A stretch of 63,765 bases of DNA, filler included, from Sluysia triapertura (taxonomy: Eukaryota), in NCBI GenBank assembly GCA_046118255.1. It is 5 parts of 5 records of this genome, joined end to end, with 100 filler letters (N's around TTAATTAATTAA, not from the genome) between each part and the next. Parts side by side here need not be neighbours in the genome. Positions count along the whole stretch, not along the records: positions 11,037 to 24,354 come from JBJNIA010047013.1; positions 24,455 to 39,465 come from JBJNIA010241657.1; 3 more parts are not named here. The stretch is one strand, 5' to 3'. Positions 13,812 through 27,375 of this stretch are shown here, in pieces. The position numbers and the translations under genes were made by a program. Position 1 is the first letter of the stretch. Each line of letters starts with the position of its first letter. Under the pieces are notes generated by a model that worked only from the letters and a program-made list of their open reading frames with translations, was not told the DNA's origin and did no database searches.

Positions 13812-14052
13812 CTTTAGATAGAGCAGTCAAACGAGTCATTTTTGGTCGATTCTGGCTAATAATTGAATCAGTATCATCTTTTTGACTTGATCTATCAGAT
13901 TCACCATTTCCACTACTACTTATTGCTGGTGTTTTACTACGACTTTCAGTTTCATCTTCTTCATCACTACCTATCCAAAATGCTTCACCGTAAAAACTAT
14001 CTTCATCTGGAATGTGTGAATCATCGTCACAACTGTTGACTCCGTAAAATAC
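13812..14052 (-). other. Probable isolated exon of an unknown acidic/Ser-rich protein
   Basis: Open frame FYGVNSCDDDSHIPDEDSFYGEAFWIGSDEEDETE...LTALSK bounded by ttaacag acceptor and gtaaaa donor; flanking exons not resolved. Confidence 0.35.
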
Positions 14053-14496
14053 TGTTAAAATTATCTAGATTATGCTTAGATAAAGTAGTTGTTTAAATCT
14101 GAGCTTTTTTGTGATTACAAAAAAATACTATCACATAACTATCTGAAACTTGTTCAGTTTTTTACTTTTGATCTTGACAATTTTCATCAAACTCTTTCGA
14201 TTTTGGTAACACTGAATCCTTTATCAATTTCTTCGCCAACGATTTATTACTCATTAAATAAAAATCAGATCAATTATCATATAATATTATAATTAATTAT
14301 TAATTTGGACCGACTAAGTAAGATTCACAATTTCAATATCAAATAATTGAGTAAAAAATTTTTGTTAATAATATTGATATTTTTGGTTTTAAAAATTCTA
14401 TTGTTTAGCGTACCCAATTAGAGTCTCAGAAAGAATATTTAATAGTATGAACTTTGATTGGGTGGTGTGCAAGAGGCATTGATGCCAAATCGAGAC

Positions 14497-14594
14497 CGAT
14501 ACAACTGATGATTGACCATCATCAGTGTTGGAACTTTAATGAAAAATGTAACGTATTGTGTCAACACTGGTGATGGTAGCAACCAGGTTGATCG
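14497..14594. ncRNA. Candidate long RNA hairpin (pre-miRNA-like or MITE remnant)
   Basis: Arms 14515-14530 accatcatcagtgttg and 14562-14577 caacactggtgatggt pair fully with one G-U on the plus strand; the stem extends imperfectly to 14497/14594. Confidence 0.35.
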
Positions 14595-15277
14595 TCATTT
14601 AATTGACTTTATTTTAATTTATATTTTATAAAAATAATTTAATGTTTAATAGTACTAACAATAATAATAACAATAACATCAACGATAATACTGTTATTAT
14701 TATTATTATTATCATCAAACAACGCATAAACCTTGCTTTTTAAATAAAAGACACAAACTTTTCTTTCGAATTCTTTTATTTCTGACATATTAAAATACGA
14801 ATGAAAAATAAAAACTATTGGTATTATGCGAAGGAGCAACGGTAACGTGGTATACTGTGCTTCAGTTATCGTTACTGTTTCATTTCTGAAATTAATTTCT
14901 TTAAAGCTATATTAAATTTGTTTTTGAAGATAAAAGGAATGATTTACGTTGTAAGTGAAATGAAGAATGTTAGAATAGATTCTTCAGCTTTATTTAAAGT
15001 TTATAGTTGAAAACAAGATTTATGCATTGAATATAATGGTTTGAAAGACTTGTTAAAAGGTTATAGTTTATTCAATTTAAAGGACAATTACAAAATAAAT
15101 CTTGGCGTATTTACGATGTTGTAAAAATGTTGATAATGGTTATGTGTTGATTAAATAGGTTTGATTCGATGTTGTAACATAATGTTTTCTGTTTTAGGTG
15201 TTTGTTAGTGTTGTTGAATGGTGTTAATTTATTTGTGATTTACATATTGATTGAAAACATTGTCCGAATCCGAAATT

Positions 15278-16213
15278 TTAACACTGTATCATAATATTTT
15301 GAAACAGTTCTAACTGATAAACACTATTATAATAAACAAGATCACCAAACGAATCTTGAGAAATAGTTTCATCAGATAAGTTATTTATATCATGCCACAG
15401 TTTATTTAATTTACTTAAAGTATTAATCATTCCATCTACAACTACTTTAACTTCAATAGCATTCTTGTCATTAAAATCATTTATAAATTCAGGTGTATAT
15501 TCATCATCATAAGTTAGTGGAAATGATTTAATTGAATCATTATAAAAATAAAAACTATAAAATTTAACAGCACGAGGGTACATGTGTACATTATTAAAAA
15601 CAATATAATAAGTCAAGACATCATTAGTTAATCTAAAATCTAACGAATTAGCTCCATCAGTTAAAATGAGCGCTAAATCGTAATGACTATTAGGTTCAGT
15701 TTCTCGAATTTGGTACGAACGTTTTAATTTATTTCCTACATGATCATGTTCAACATTTAAAATATACGAGAACGGTTCTTCTAATAAACCATAATTTTGT
15801 ATTCAAGATTTTTCTGCATAATCTGACATCAACAAAAATTCATCATTATAGTCAGTAAGACATTCTGTACATCATCTTTTATTCGAAACAAACTATCGAT
15901 AGCAAACAATAATTCACTGTCTGACTTTTCATTACTATTTTGTCGCGGTATTTCTTGGGTAGCTAAGTGAACAGATTTAACCTTCTCGAAAGAAGTTTTT
16001 GCTTCATATTTCAAATCAGAATCACGCTTTCTATCTAATACCTTTTTCCTCTCTACCTTAGAACGTTCACATTTTAAAATACTACTAGTAATAACAGAAA
16101 CACGACCAAATTCAGGACTAACACAACCTTTACTTTCATCTAAATGAGCTTCACCACGTTTATCTGATATATAATTTAAAATATAGCGATTATCTAAAGT
16201 AAGGCCACGTTCT
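15278..16213 (-). pseudogene. Degraded coding sequence of unknown family directly downstream of the CHMP2A fragment
   Basis: Stop-free frame 15278-15802 (about 175 codons) and a second open frame about 15829-16213; no recognisable domain. Confidence 0.3.
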
Positions 16214-16596
16214 TTATCTGTGGATCCCTTTGAGCCTGATTTTTTTTGAATCAGAATTCATTTCAATACCCATTTCATCTAAAACCTGATTTATTAATCT
16301 TTCAGATTCTTGTTCGTCACCTCCTTCTCCAAGTACATCGTCGTTTGTATCTATCATCATTTCTCCTTTCATCTCTATCAAGTTTGATTCCTTTTCAAAT
16401 TCCGTCATTATTTTTTGTAACAGTGGCAAGTTCATAGATTCAGTCATACGTTGCATCATTTTCGTAACACCTTGCATAGCCTGGGCCATAGCATTTGTCG
16501 ATCGCAATATCTGTATTTTTAAGGAAACAGCCTGAATATTTGCTTTCATCAAAATAAACTTCTTGATATAATTCCTAGTTCTAACTAAATCTTTGA
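16214..16596 (-). pseudogene. CHMP2A: ESCRT-III CHMP2A/Vps2 internal fragment
   Basis: KDLVRTRNYIKKFILMKANIQAVSLKIQ...AMAQAMQGVTK...MNLPLLQKIMTEFEK...QVLDEMG is CHMP2A-typical; the N-terminal helix and C-terminal MIM region were not found nearby. Confidence 0.85.
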
Positions 16597-17017
16597 CTGG
16601 ACAATTTTGAAAAATTTTTTAAAATATTTTTTGAAATGACTGTCTATAACTCTAACCTTTGTTATGAACTTTCGTTAGTTCATATAAACAAAAATGCATA
16701 AAATGAAATAAAAATTGTAATTAATAACCTTGACGAAAAATCAAACACATAGTTCAAAATACAAAGTTTTTTAAAAAATTGCAACCTAAAATTATCAGCA
16801 TTAAAACAAAAATACGTAAAAATAAAATAAATAATAATAATTATAAATAGATTTTGTAAATAAAATGCTTTATCTACACATACACACATATATACACATA
16901 TATACATGCATATATGCAAATGTATTAATAGAAATGAAAATCCGGATATAACATCACAAAAGGTATATTATTGTTACAATATGCTACAGTGAAATAATTA
17001 ATAGTAATAAAACAAAA

Positions 17018-17097
17018 TCAATGTTTAGAATGACAAATCATGTTCGTTAATGAAGCTGAATAATTATAATTAGATTTAAAATTAATATTATGTTCCA

Positions 17098-17170
<73 letters not shown>

Positions 17171-20100
17171 TGTAGTAGTAGTAGTAGTAGTATTAATATT
17201 AGTATTATTAAACAATGATGATGACAAAGACGACGACGATGATGATGTTAATATAGAATTTGGTGAAGAAGATGATGAAGTAGTAGTGGTAGTGGTATTT
17301 GAAACTAATAATGAAGCTGTATTTGGAATGTATATTGAGTTATTTGATTTGGCTAACAAATCTATAAATAAAGTTGAATTTAAAAATGGAAAATTGGAAT
17401 AAACTGAATGGGTTTGATAAGTAGGTTGTTCATGAGAAGATATAGGCATTGTAGCTAAAGGAATTGTTTGTAAAATTTCTTCTGTACATGGACTAATAAT
17501 TGGCTTGATCATTAATATATTTGATGTTTTTGCTGTTTGAGGTATAGATGATAATATCGAACTTTTGGCATCAACCATTAAATTATCATCCGTATCCAAC
17601 TTTAGATTATGAACTGAAATTACAAGTTATAATTACTTTATACTTAAAATAAATAAATTATGCTTTAACACGTCATAATATTTAGTACAAGAAATATGTA
17701 TAAAATTAACTAAATATTATGGCGTATTAAAAAAATTTTGTTCTGTTTTATATTTTTTAACTAACCTTTAAATTATTAAATTGAGAAACCTCTATATAGA
17801 TTTTATTTGTTATATTATTTCAATTCATTGGTTATTTCAGTTGTAATGCATATCTCTGATGTCTTTTATTTTTAAAAATGAATTTTGAATCAATGTTATT
17901 TAACTGAGTTCATAGCTATATAATAAATCAAAATCAAGTGACATTTTAAACATATGCAAAGAATTGTGTTAAAAAATATATTGTTAATTAAAAATAGATT
18001 TTAAAAATTGTATGCTTCATGTACAATGCTGAGTGCCTTATGTTTTATCGACTTTATTATTTTAGAAAAATACACTAAATCAAATATTTTCAAGTTTATG
18101 TTGCATTATTTCTTGTCAAAACATAAAAAGAAAAAGATACAAAATAAATGAACTAATAACCTCATTTAGTTACTATAATTTAATTAAATTTATAATTTTG
18201 TTACAATACTGTACAATAATAAATTTAGTTTACCAATGATAATGCATTTCGAATGTGAATAAAGTGAATCACAAATACTTGAACTTAGTACAATATCAAC
18301 TTATTATTTTAAGAAAATGTCTTTAGAATATTATGTTTGATTTACAGTTCCATTTAAATTTCCAAATACTCATAATTATTAAATATGGTGAAATCTTTCT
18401 TACATTAAGAAATATTTTCGCAAATATTACAAAGTAGATTAAAATGTTTGTATTGTATTAACAGCACAGTATAAGATCAAAATTTTCAAAAAGATTTTAG
18501 TCTACTTTATACTTTCGAGTTTAAGGAATATATAATATACATTCTATCTTTGTTTTTCTAAAATTTTTTAAAATAATTTTATACCTTGATTTTGTAATAA
18601 CTTCTGGGTAAAGCAAAAAATAGATAGTTTGGTCTTATAGAATAAACAAAATAGTGCAAACAAAAATGTATTACTTGGTCGAAGTTCATACATCACAATC
18701 TTTCGTCAAACTTGTGATTTACAAGATATTACATGATTTATAAGACCATAACTTGTCAAAATGGTCAATAATTATAAATATTATGTCTAAGAAATTTATT
18801 AATAAAGTGTTCAGATGTCAAGAGAAATAAAAAAATCTAACCAAATGCATTAATTTAAAAAATAACGTTTTTATTACACTCACATATTCAATCTTATATA
18901 CTCATTTTCATGTTAAGAAAAATACCAAACATTAATGTATTCCATAGTTTAAATCATAACTTCATGTACATGTCTCATAACCATTTTTGGCTTAAAGGCT
19001 TTCTCTCATGTCCAAAATATAATTTGAATTAACGTCTAAAACAGTCAAACTCATTTATTGAATTTACAAATTACTTCGGTATGTGTATTTGTTTCTCTAT
19101 AAATTTACACAATTCTAGAAACAATTTAAAATTATTTTTAAATTATAGTCTCCAGATAATATCTTTTATTGTTATTAACACATTTAATTTATAATTACGA
19201 GTTTCAATACACCCATAATTCTCTCCTAACAAATACTTATTATTTAAGCCCGAATATATACATTAATTACGATCTTTCCGATCAAATATAAACTTTACTA
19301 TGATCTACGTGAATGTTAATTTTTTTATATCTGATCTACATTTAAATGCCGATTACTCACTAGATTTATTTCTGTCACTATTGTCTTCCACTGGAAACCT
19401 TTGCATAGCCGCCGCAGCAACTGCTTCTTGTCTTTCCACTTCCTCTACAGCTGCTAATAAGTGTTCCAATTTTTTTGGATGTGGGTAACTGATATTTAAA
19501 TGTTTTGGATTAGGCAAAGACATGCATTCATTAGTAATGGTATTCATATTAGGAGCTGTAATACTGGAACTACTTATTGTGGAACAAGATAATGAATCAA
19601 GTGTAAATGATGATGAACAAGTAGCTGATAAAGGAGAATGTAAATAATTTAGTTCGTGATTAGGATTAGTATTGTTTTGTTGTAGAAGAATATCAGTATT
19701 GGTATTGATATTGTTGTAATTACACGATTCAGCAATTGACTGTGGTATCATAAACAAAACATTCATGTCTTTGCATCTTGAAGAAATTTCACGTGACTCA
19801 GTTGTATGTACGCACTGTTCTAAAATATAAAAACAGTATAATTTGTTATTAAATATACAACAAACACTTACAGAAAATTCCATAATAAACTCATTTAAAT
19901 AAACGTAAATTTCGTACTTTCCCTAGACAGAATGTATTTTTCGATATTTTACGTGGCCATAAAATTTAGTGCCTTTAAAAATCAAGTTTCGATATCTAAT
20001 ATTCAGAAAATTAATTTTTGTGCTTTAAAACTCCAAAAATATAATCTTAATCTTAATAAAATAACATTTTCTAAGCTGTTACATGCATAAAGTAATTAAT

Positions 20101-22027
20101 GGATGACACATTAATGTAACAAAACATACTTAAGTGATACTATTATAAATCACTCTCAACTTTTGTGAGACAATTTAGGGAGTGCAAAGAAATGAATATC
20201 TTAATAGATAAAACATTAATTTATGCATCATAAATATCTAGTACATGCGAGCTCTTTGAAGAATTATTTGTGGCTCTAGATAAATTTAACCGAGTTGCCT
20301 TTTCATTTTTGTGTTATTATATCTTAAAAAAGTATTATCGTTCCGTATGTGTTTCAAAATGTCTTTTAAATTACTGAAAGACTAAGTGCAACGTTGTAAC
20401 ACATACCATTTCCGTCCAAATTAAGAATATGACTCATCGAAAAAAATACCTTTTTTGCATACTTTTTTAGTTGCGGCTGGAGAAAAATTTCAAATTATGA
20501 AAAATGGCTCGTACTATCAAGGAGCTATTATTATTATATTTTATCATTATCAATATTATTATAAATTATAGTATTTCTGACAGTTTTGTCATTATTATTG
20601 TACGTGATACTAAAAATAAGTTTTTCATTAATCATATAATTAAGATTTTGTTGCTCTCAATAATTATCAGATGATTAACAATTTAACAAACAGTTCTAGC
20701 ATATAACTTCAATTTAAATTTCCCAAGTTCTTATTAATAAAAAAATGTTTATTAATATTAATGAAATCTCTAAAGATCTTTTCAGTTTTTTAAGGTCTCT
20801 GACACTTTTCAACTTCATATTTAAAATTAAAAGTTTTCAAAATAGTATTAAGAAAGTCAAATAATTTTTTAGAATACCAAAATGTGTTACCTAAGTTATA
20901 GTACTTTCATTCAAAAATTAGCTTAGTATAATGAAGCATACAAAATGACAATCTAAAATATTTTAGTTATTAAAATCACGCGAACTCATTTGAATAAATT
21001 TATTATTATTATGTTATTAATATATCTTTATGTTAAATTTCATTGAACTTTTAAGTCTCCAAATAGTTAAAATAATTGAGTGTCTACTGCCAATATTGAT
21101 AAACAATGCTAATGTGGATGAAATTAAAATAGCGAAATATTATATTTGATTTGTACGCTTCAAAAAATTTGATATTTTTAATGTACATTTATTTAATATT
21201 AATATTAATTAATTAATGTTTAAATAACTTTATTAGTTACATAAAATTTAGAATTATTGCTTAGTACCATTAACAAATGGGCAGTACAAGAATATAAATT
21301 TTAAACCGCTTTGAAGAAAAATTTGAAGTTAAAAAATAGTTTTTTTATTAGTGTATACTTATCGAATATAAAATTATTAATAAAGAATATAAATCATCTA
21401 ATTTAGATAAAAACACTTTACGGTAAGATATTGAACATTCATAAGTAATGTTGGTTTAAGTAACTGTTCGGTTATCTAAAAATTATTAAACACCTGTATT
21501 GAAATTACAAATATAAGTTCACATTTTAAGAATTTTTTATTTAAACGTATGTACAATTTTAAACCACAAATTATTATTTTATATTTCTAAATAATTCTTA
21601 CCTGATTTATGAAAATTAAGCTTTAAATTATTGTAAAGTGTGCGTATTTCTTTCAATTCATTTTCCAATTTATTTATACGATCTTTCAATTCGCACACTA
21701 ATTCGGCTGTTGTTGATAAAATAGCTGCCTAATAATTGAGTAATAAAATAATACAACTTACTTTACTTAATTTTTCATTATCCTTACCAAAAGGCAAGAT
21801 TTTTCTCAAATTTTCAAAACCTGTATTAATACTCTTCATTCTTCGACGTTCATTATGATTTGCAATTTCTCGTCTCGCTCTTTTGTCAGCTTCACTACTA
21901 TGGTTACTAAATTTTTTATAATTTTTCCTTAATACAAATAAATTATAAATTGTTAATCTTACCTTTTGGAATTTTTACGTAAATCTTCAATGACAATCCT
22001 GTCTAATGAATTGAAACAACTACTCAT
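17018..22027 (-). CDS. TFAP4: AP-4 (TFAP4/cropped) bHLH-ZIP transcription factor; exons 22027-21963, 21927-21762, 21728-21602, 19819-19361, 17613-17018 (470 aa)
   Basis: RREIANHNERRRMKSINTGFENLRKILP...EKLSK|AAIL matches the AP-4 bHLH; all four GT-AG introns (35 nt, 33 nt, about 1.8 kb, about 1.7 kb) preserve phase, total 1413 nt; KKLEHLLAAVEEVE resembles the AP-4 C-terminal NLDTIVQAI motif. The last exon is least certain. Confidence 0.88.
17117..17170. repeat. (TTA)n microsatellite encoding poly-Asn in the putative TFAP4 last exon
   Basis: Direct trinucleotide run followed by (GTA)n encoding poly-Thr. Confidence 0.9.
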
Positions 22028-23499
22028 TTAGAATACTTTCAATATCAACAAGTTTATAAAATCTTTATTTCTAAAACTGTTACAAAAACAATTTTAAATT
22101 ACGAAGCATGATAATTTTACGTGAATATCTTTTTGGCAACGCATAATAATCAAAATAAATCAAATACATAATGCCATTTAAAAAAAATAAAATGCAAAAT
22201 TTTATATTTTAATTTTATTCTTTATAAGTGCAACTACATGAATTGTACTTTAATTTTAATCCCAAATTTTAATTTTATAAATTATATAGATTTTAGTTTT
22301 AATATCAGTTTTCAGACACCATATCATCTGACCCATGATGGCAAAATATTATTGGCTGGCACTTGACATAAAAAATCTATAAATACATTTTAACGTAAAA
22401 ATATTTAATGTAAACAGAAAAAAAATTTAATTGAATATTTCTATTAAATACTAAACTACAGATTATCTTTTGTTTAATTTATATATTCAGAGTCATGCTT
22501 TTTATGGTCTTTAATGAAAATATTAATTAAGTAAAACAAAATAGTCTAGAATTTTTAAATAAATTCATATTCAAATATTACTTTTGAAATTGTTTTTATA
22601 TATTACTGCATTTACACAATTTTATGAATTTACAAATATTTTTATGAATTAAATTAAAATTCTCAATAAAGAAATAAATATGATCTTAATTTAAATTATT
22701 GAATTTAGAAATATGCGCAGAAAATTTTTTAAGTCTATCATTTAATAGTAATATACGTGTGCTAGCATATTAAATTTTTTTCTATTTTTGATTATACATT
22801 TTTTGGTTCCAATGTTATCTTTTAATAGTAAATATTTTGAAAATAAATCAATAAGGCTATTTTTCATTAATAATGCATTTATTGTAGTATCTCACCTCAT
22901 AACTCACAAATTATAAAATGTAAAAACATTTAACATAAAAACATTCATCACATCTTAATTATGAGAACAATAATAATAAATTTTATCATTATAATTGTTT
23001 ATCATCATTATTAATGCTATATCATTATTATCAATATTTTATTTATCATTTTATTCGTCATCATTATTATCATATCGTTAACAAACAAGAATCAGATAAT
23101 CACTAGAATTCAAATTTAATTAGCGACACATTGTACTTGGATTAACTTCATCCATTAAATTAATGGACTTTAAGGTACACAATTAATTTCATACATTAAC
23201 TAATGGATTTTAAAAAATAGATTTAATATATTTTAAAAATATTAATAAAATTTAATGGACGGATAAAAATATTATAATTATAAATATAATTAATTGATAT
23301 ATTATGGAAAATTAATGGATTTTAGATTTAATTAAATGATATTCGCTAATGGAAAATTAACTGATGCATAAATAGTGAATAAAGAATTAGGAATAAAAAT
23401 TAGCGTACTCAGACGATTCTTTGAGTATAATGGACTATAGCAATTTAAAATTGTTAGACGGGTAGCTCAGTGGGTAAATTGTTTACTTATTTCATAGGT

Positions 23500-24354
23500 T
23501 CACTTCCACGGAAAATTACATTGCACTTATTGCTATTTCGCATATACACCTCCAGCAGATGCTCAACTATATCGTATGACATGCTAAATCTGCTAATCTG
23601 ATATTCCGGCCTAGTAAATGTTTCTATTTCCACAATATCCCTGATTCGACAAATCTTTCTGTCTTCATTGATGACACCCCAATTGTAAATCTATTTAGGA
23701 GTCCCATTTGGTGAACTTAAAAAACAAAACTTGAATGACCTTCTTGGGGAGAACCTAACAATGGTCCAAAAAATCAAAGACTCTAGTTTAAGTTGCAGAA
23801 ACAAATTTCTTATTTTTCGCAACTTTATTCATTCGCGCCTTCCATTTCACTTGTGCAATCAAAATATTAATACCCAAACCCTTAGTATTCGTCACCCACG
23901 ACAATCCATAAACCTCTCCCAATCTGTTGGATATGACGAAAAAAATAAACCATCTATTCAAGGTCTTCCTTGGATTGAAAAACTTCCCTTTAAACAATTC
24001 ATTTTTTATACATACAAAAATCACGGCGGTTTAAGCCTATATGTGCCAGAATATAATTTGCACCTTCCACCTATTTAACGGTCGAACAAACCTTGTTCGT
24101 ACCCTTGTCTTGCATGAAATTCTTTGCATCGCCAATGATAGATTAAATAAAGTCGAAAACTTTTCTGATGCTCTATCTTGGTTGAATGGCGGTAAGCCCA
24201 ATAAGCGTTCACGACTTCTGACATGGTGGGCAAAAATTCGACAATCTTTCTTCAATTTGCGTCGAAAATTGAATTTCTGCTAGCTTCTTTTACTGTGAGG
24301 ACCAAATAAAATTAAATATCAAATGCGACATCCTTGGTGAAAATGAAGTCATAT
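23500..24354 (+). mobile_element. Decayed non-LTR retrotransposon RT C-terminal half (R2/NeSL/RTE-like)
   Basis: LQQMLNYIV*HAKSANLIFRPSKC, IYLGVPFG and KNHGGLSL motifs in RT order with stops/frameshifts; cut by contig end. Confidence 0.7.
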
Positions 24355-24454
24355 NNNNNNNNNNNNNNNNNNNNNNNNNNNNNNNNNNNNNNNNNNNNTT
24401 AATTAATTAANNNNNNNNNNNNNNNNNNNNNNNNNNNNNNNNNNNNNNNNNNNN
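24355..24454. other. Artificial contig spacer
   Basis: N44-TTAATTAATTAA-N44. Confidence 0.97.
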
Positions 24455-25394
24455 ATAAAAGGGTTGTGTAAATATAAAATAAACTCTTTCATACAACATC
24501 TCATTAAGGGAGTTGTGTAATTTGCTTTTATCTTAACAACACCTTAATAAAAGGGTTGTGAAACGTAACTAAAATTATAAATCAGAGAAATTAATTTTAA
24601 TTAGTTGTTCGATATAAGATAAACTAAAGTTAATTTATCGCATAAGATAGCTAATTAATTTACTTAGTTTTTTAAGTTAAGTTTTAAATTCTAAAACCTA
24701 GTAATACGTCTCCAAGTTTGGTATAAAACGTATATACTAGGCGAACTGACCTTGCAGATAATTTGTTAAGTATAAGAAAAATACTAACATATATTAGTTT
24801 AAGCAATTGTAATATATCTTACGTAGTCTGAGTGATTTTTATTAATTTAAAATTCATTTTCTAAAGCTACACCTTAATACGGGTTGCGTAATTTGTAAAA
24901 TATAAAGCTTCATTTGAACAACACCTAGTAAAGGGTTGTAGCATCAAGTAATTAAAAAGTTAATATTCGAGATAAATTTTAAGTGAAAAGTTAGTTAAGT
25001 CTAAAAGAATTAAGAAAACCGAATAGTACGTCTCCAATTGTGGTATAAAGCGTATATATTAGGCGAACCGACTTCTCAGATAATTTGCAGTGAATAGATT
25101 TAAGTTTAGGGAAAACACTAGCATATTTCAAAATTATTATTATTATTAATTTAAAATTATTTTATTAGTATTTATTATTTTTATTTCACAATTGTTATCA
25201 TTATATTATTACCATTATGATCATTACTATTACGTCTGTTTAGGACCTGACAGTTGAAAGTACTCAACCGTTGGATATGGGATAAATAAAGATGTCTAAT
25301 TGGACGAATGAATTGAGTGTTGATGTAAGATAATAGGCAAAATATAATAAAACATTATTGAAGTGAGAATAAGGAAAATGAAAATATCTATAAT

Positions 25395-25985
25395 TATTTT
25401 AGGTTTTAAAGAGATTCAAAAAACTCTTGTAATATTTTGAGATCCTTGAAGGAACTTAAGATTATTTTAAATAACTTTCTGAAGCATAAAAGTTCATTTG
25501 AATTTGTATAAATTGCGACAATTGTAAAGTTCTAAGAATCTTTGAAAACTTAATAAGCTTTTACTCAAATTTTGTAATATGTATAAGGTCTTCTATTATC
25601 AATCAGCCAGATTAAATGTAAAAACTTTGCTGATAAATTTTCATAAAACTTAAAAACTGCTTAAATATAAATTAAGTAAAAATTTCATAAGAATATGTTT
25701 GCGATTTATATTTTTAAATCTTAACAATTTTGTTTTAATATATTTTAGGTTTTAAAGAGATTCAAAAAACTCTTGTAACATTTTGAGATCCTTAAAGGAA
25801 CTTAAGATTATTTTAAATAACTTTCTGAAGCTTAAAAGTTCCTTTGAATTTGTATACTTTGCTGATAAATTTTCATAAAACTTAAAAACTACTTAAATAT
25901 AAATTAAGTAAAAATTTCATAAGAATATGTTTGCGATTTAGTATAATTTGTATTTAATCTTAACCTTAACAATTTTGTTTTAATA
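25395..25985. repeat. Local tandem duplication (about 346-bp unit; second copy has an internal deletion of about 115 bp)
   Basis: 25395-25509 matches 25741-25856; 25624-25708 matches 25857-25940. Confidence 0.85.
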
Positions 25986-26110
25986 ATTGGTAGTATTTTA
26001 ATTTAAATATATTGACTTAGATATCCTTTAAAATTATTTCACGCATTGAGTTTGTTTTTTTACATTTTGTAATGCATTTTTATTAATCGATACGTTTTTT
26101 ATTTTTCAAA

Positions 26111-27375
26111 ATGGAAGTTGATGCATCTAATGTAAATGCCTATTCAAAAGCAGCTGGTGATATAAAAATTCTTACCGATATACTAGAATTGTTGTTTAAA
26201 AAATATGCTTATTTTAATATTTCTACGAAAATTTTGAATAATTTAAGAGAATTGGAACTACCTGACGGTATTTTTATTAATATTTATTATTATTTTTAGT
26301 TAAATCTCAGTTGTTTTATATCGTTTCGGCTGCAGTTAAGTTTACTCATTCAAATGATTTTTTAAGAGATAAACAAGATGAAAACAAAAACTTAATCTTG
26401 TTTAAGATATACAAAATTGATGAATTGAATTGTTGCTTTTATCATTTTAATAAATTGTTTGAGTCAAGTGAAGTGAGATTGGCCTGCATTAATTTTTGGA
26501 CTACGAAATATTTGTTAGATACATTAATTGAAATACCGAATCCACCTTCAAAATATTTACCTGAAAATGAGCTAAACAGACTTTGTGATTATGTTAGTAT
26601 GCTATTAATTGAAGAATGTAACATTCAACCTGTATCAACTCCTGTTACTATATGTGGAGATATACATGGACAGTTTTATGATTTACTTGAGTTATTTAAT
26701 ACAGGCGGTTCTATTGATAATACAAATTATATATTCATGGGGGATTTTGTAGATAGAGGATATTATAGTCTAGAAACATTAACTCTATTATTAGCTTTAA
26801 AAGCGAAACATCCGGAAAAAATCACATTATTAAGAGGTAATCATGAAAGTAGACAAATTACTCAAGTTTATGGCTTTTATGATGAATGTCTGAATAAGTA
26901 TGGTAATGCAGAACCGTGGAAAAGATGTTGTAAATTGTTTGATCTTATGGCTGTAGCAGCTATAATCGATGATAAGATTCTTTGTGTTCATGGGGGTCTT
27001 TCTCCAACAATTTCAACGTTAGATCAAATTCAATTATTGGATAGAAATCAAGAAATACCTCAGAAAGGTTCGTTTTGCGATTTAGTATGGTCCGATCCAG
27101 ACGATATGTTTCAAAATTGGCGTCCCAGTCCGCGTTGCGCTGGGTATTTGTTTGATGAATTGAACTCAATAGCTGACAATATTGTTGATTATGGTTACTC
27201 TTTCTTGTTTATTCAATGTTTACTAGTTATTTTGTTTTATTTAAAAACTTTATGCTTATTATATTTATATACAAATTTTATATTAATAAATCTCGTAGAC
27301 TATTTAGGCGTTTTAATTTCATGTTTATTCGTAATCATTTCGGGCCTTAAGCCCTTCTTGTTCAAATTTAAATAA
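26111..27375 (+). CDS. PPP6C: Chimeric, C-terminally truncated PP6 catalytic subunit-like gene; exons 26111-26267 and 26300-27375
   Basis: 32-nt GT-AG intron keeps frame; [73 protein letters not shown] and DLVWSDP are PP6-type; homology stops at SPRCAGYLF with no RAHQ or SAPNYC. May be a pseudogene. Confidence 0.75.
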
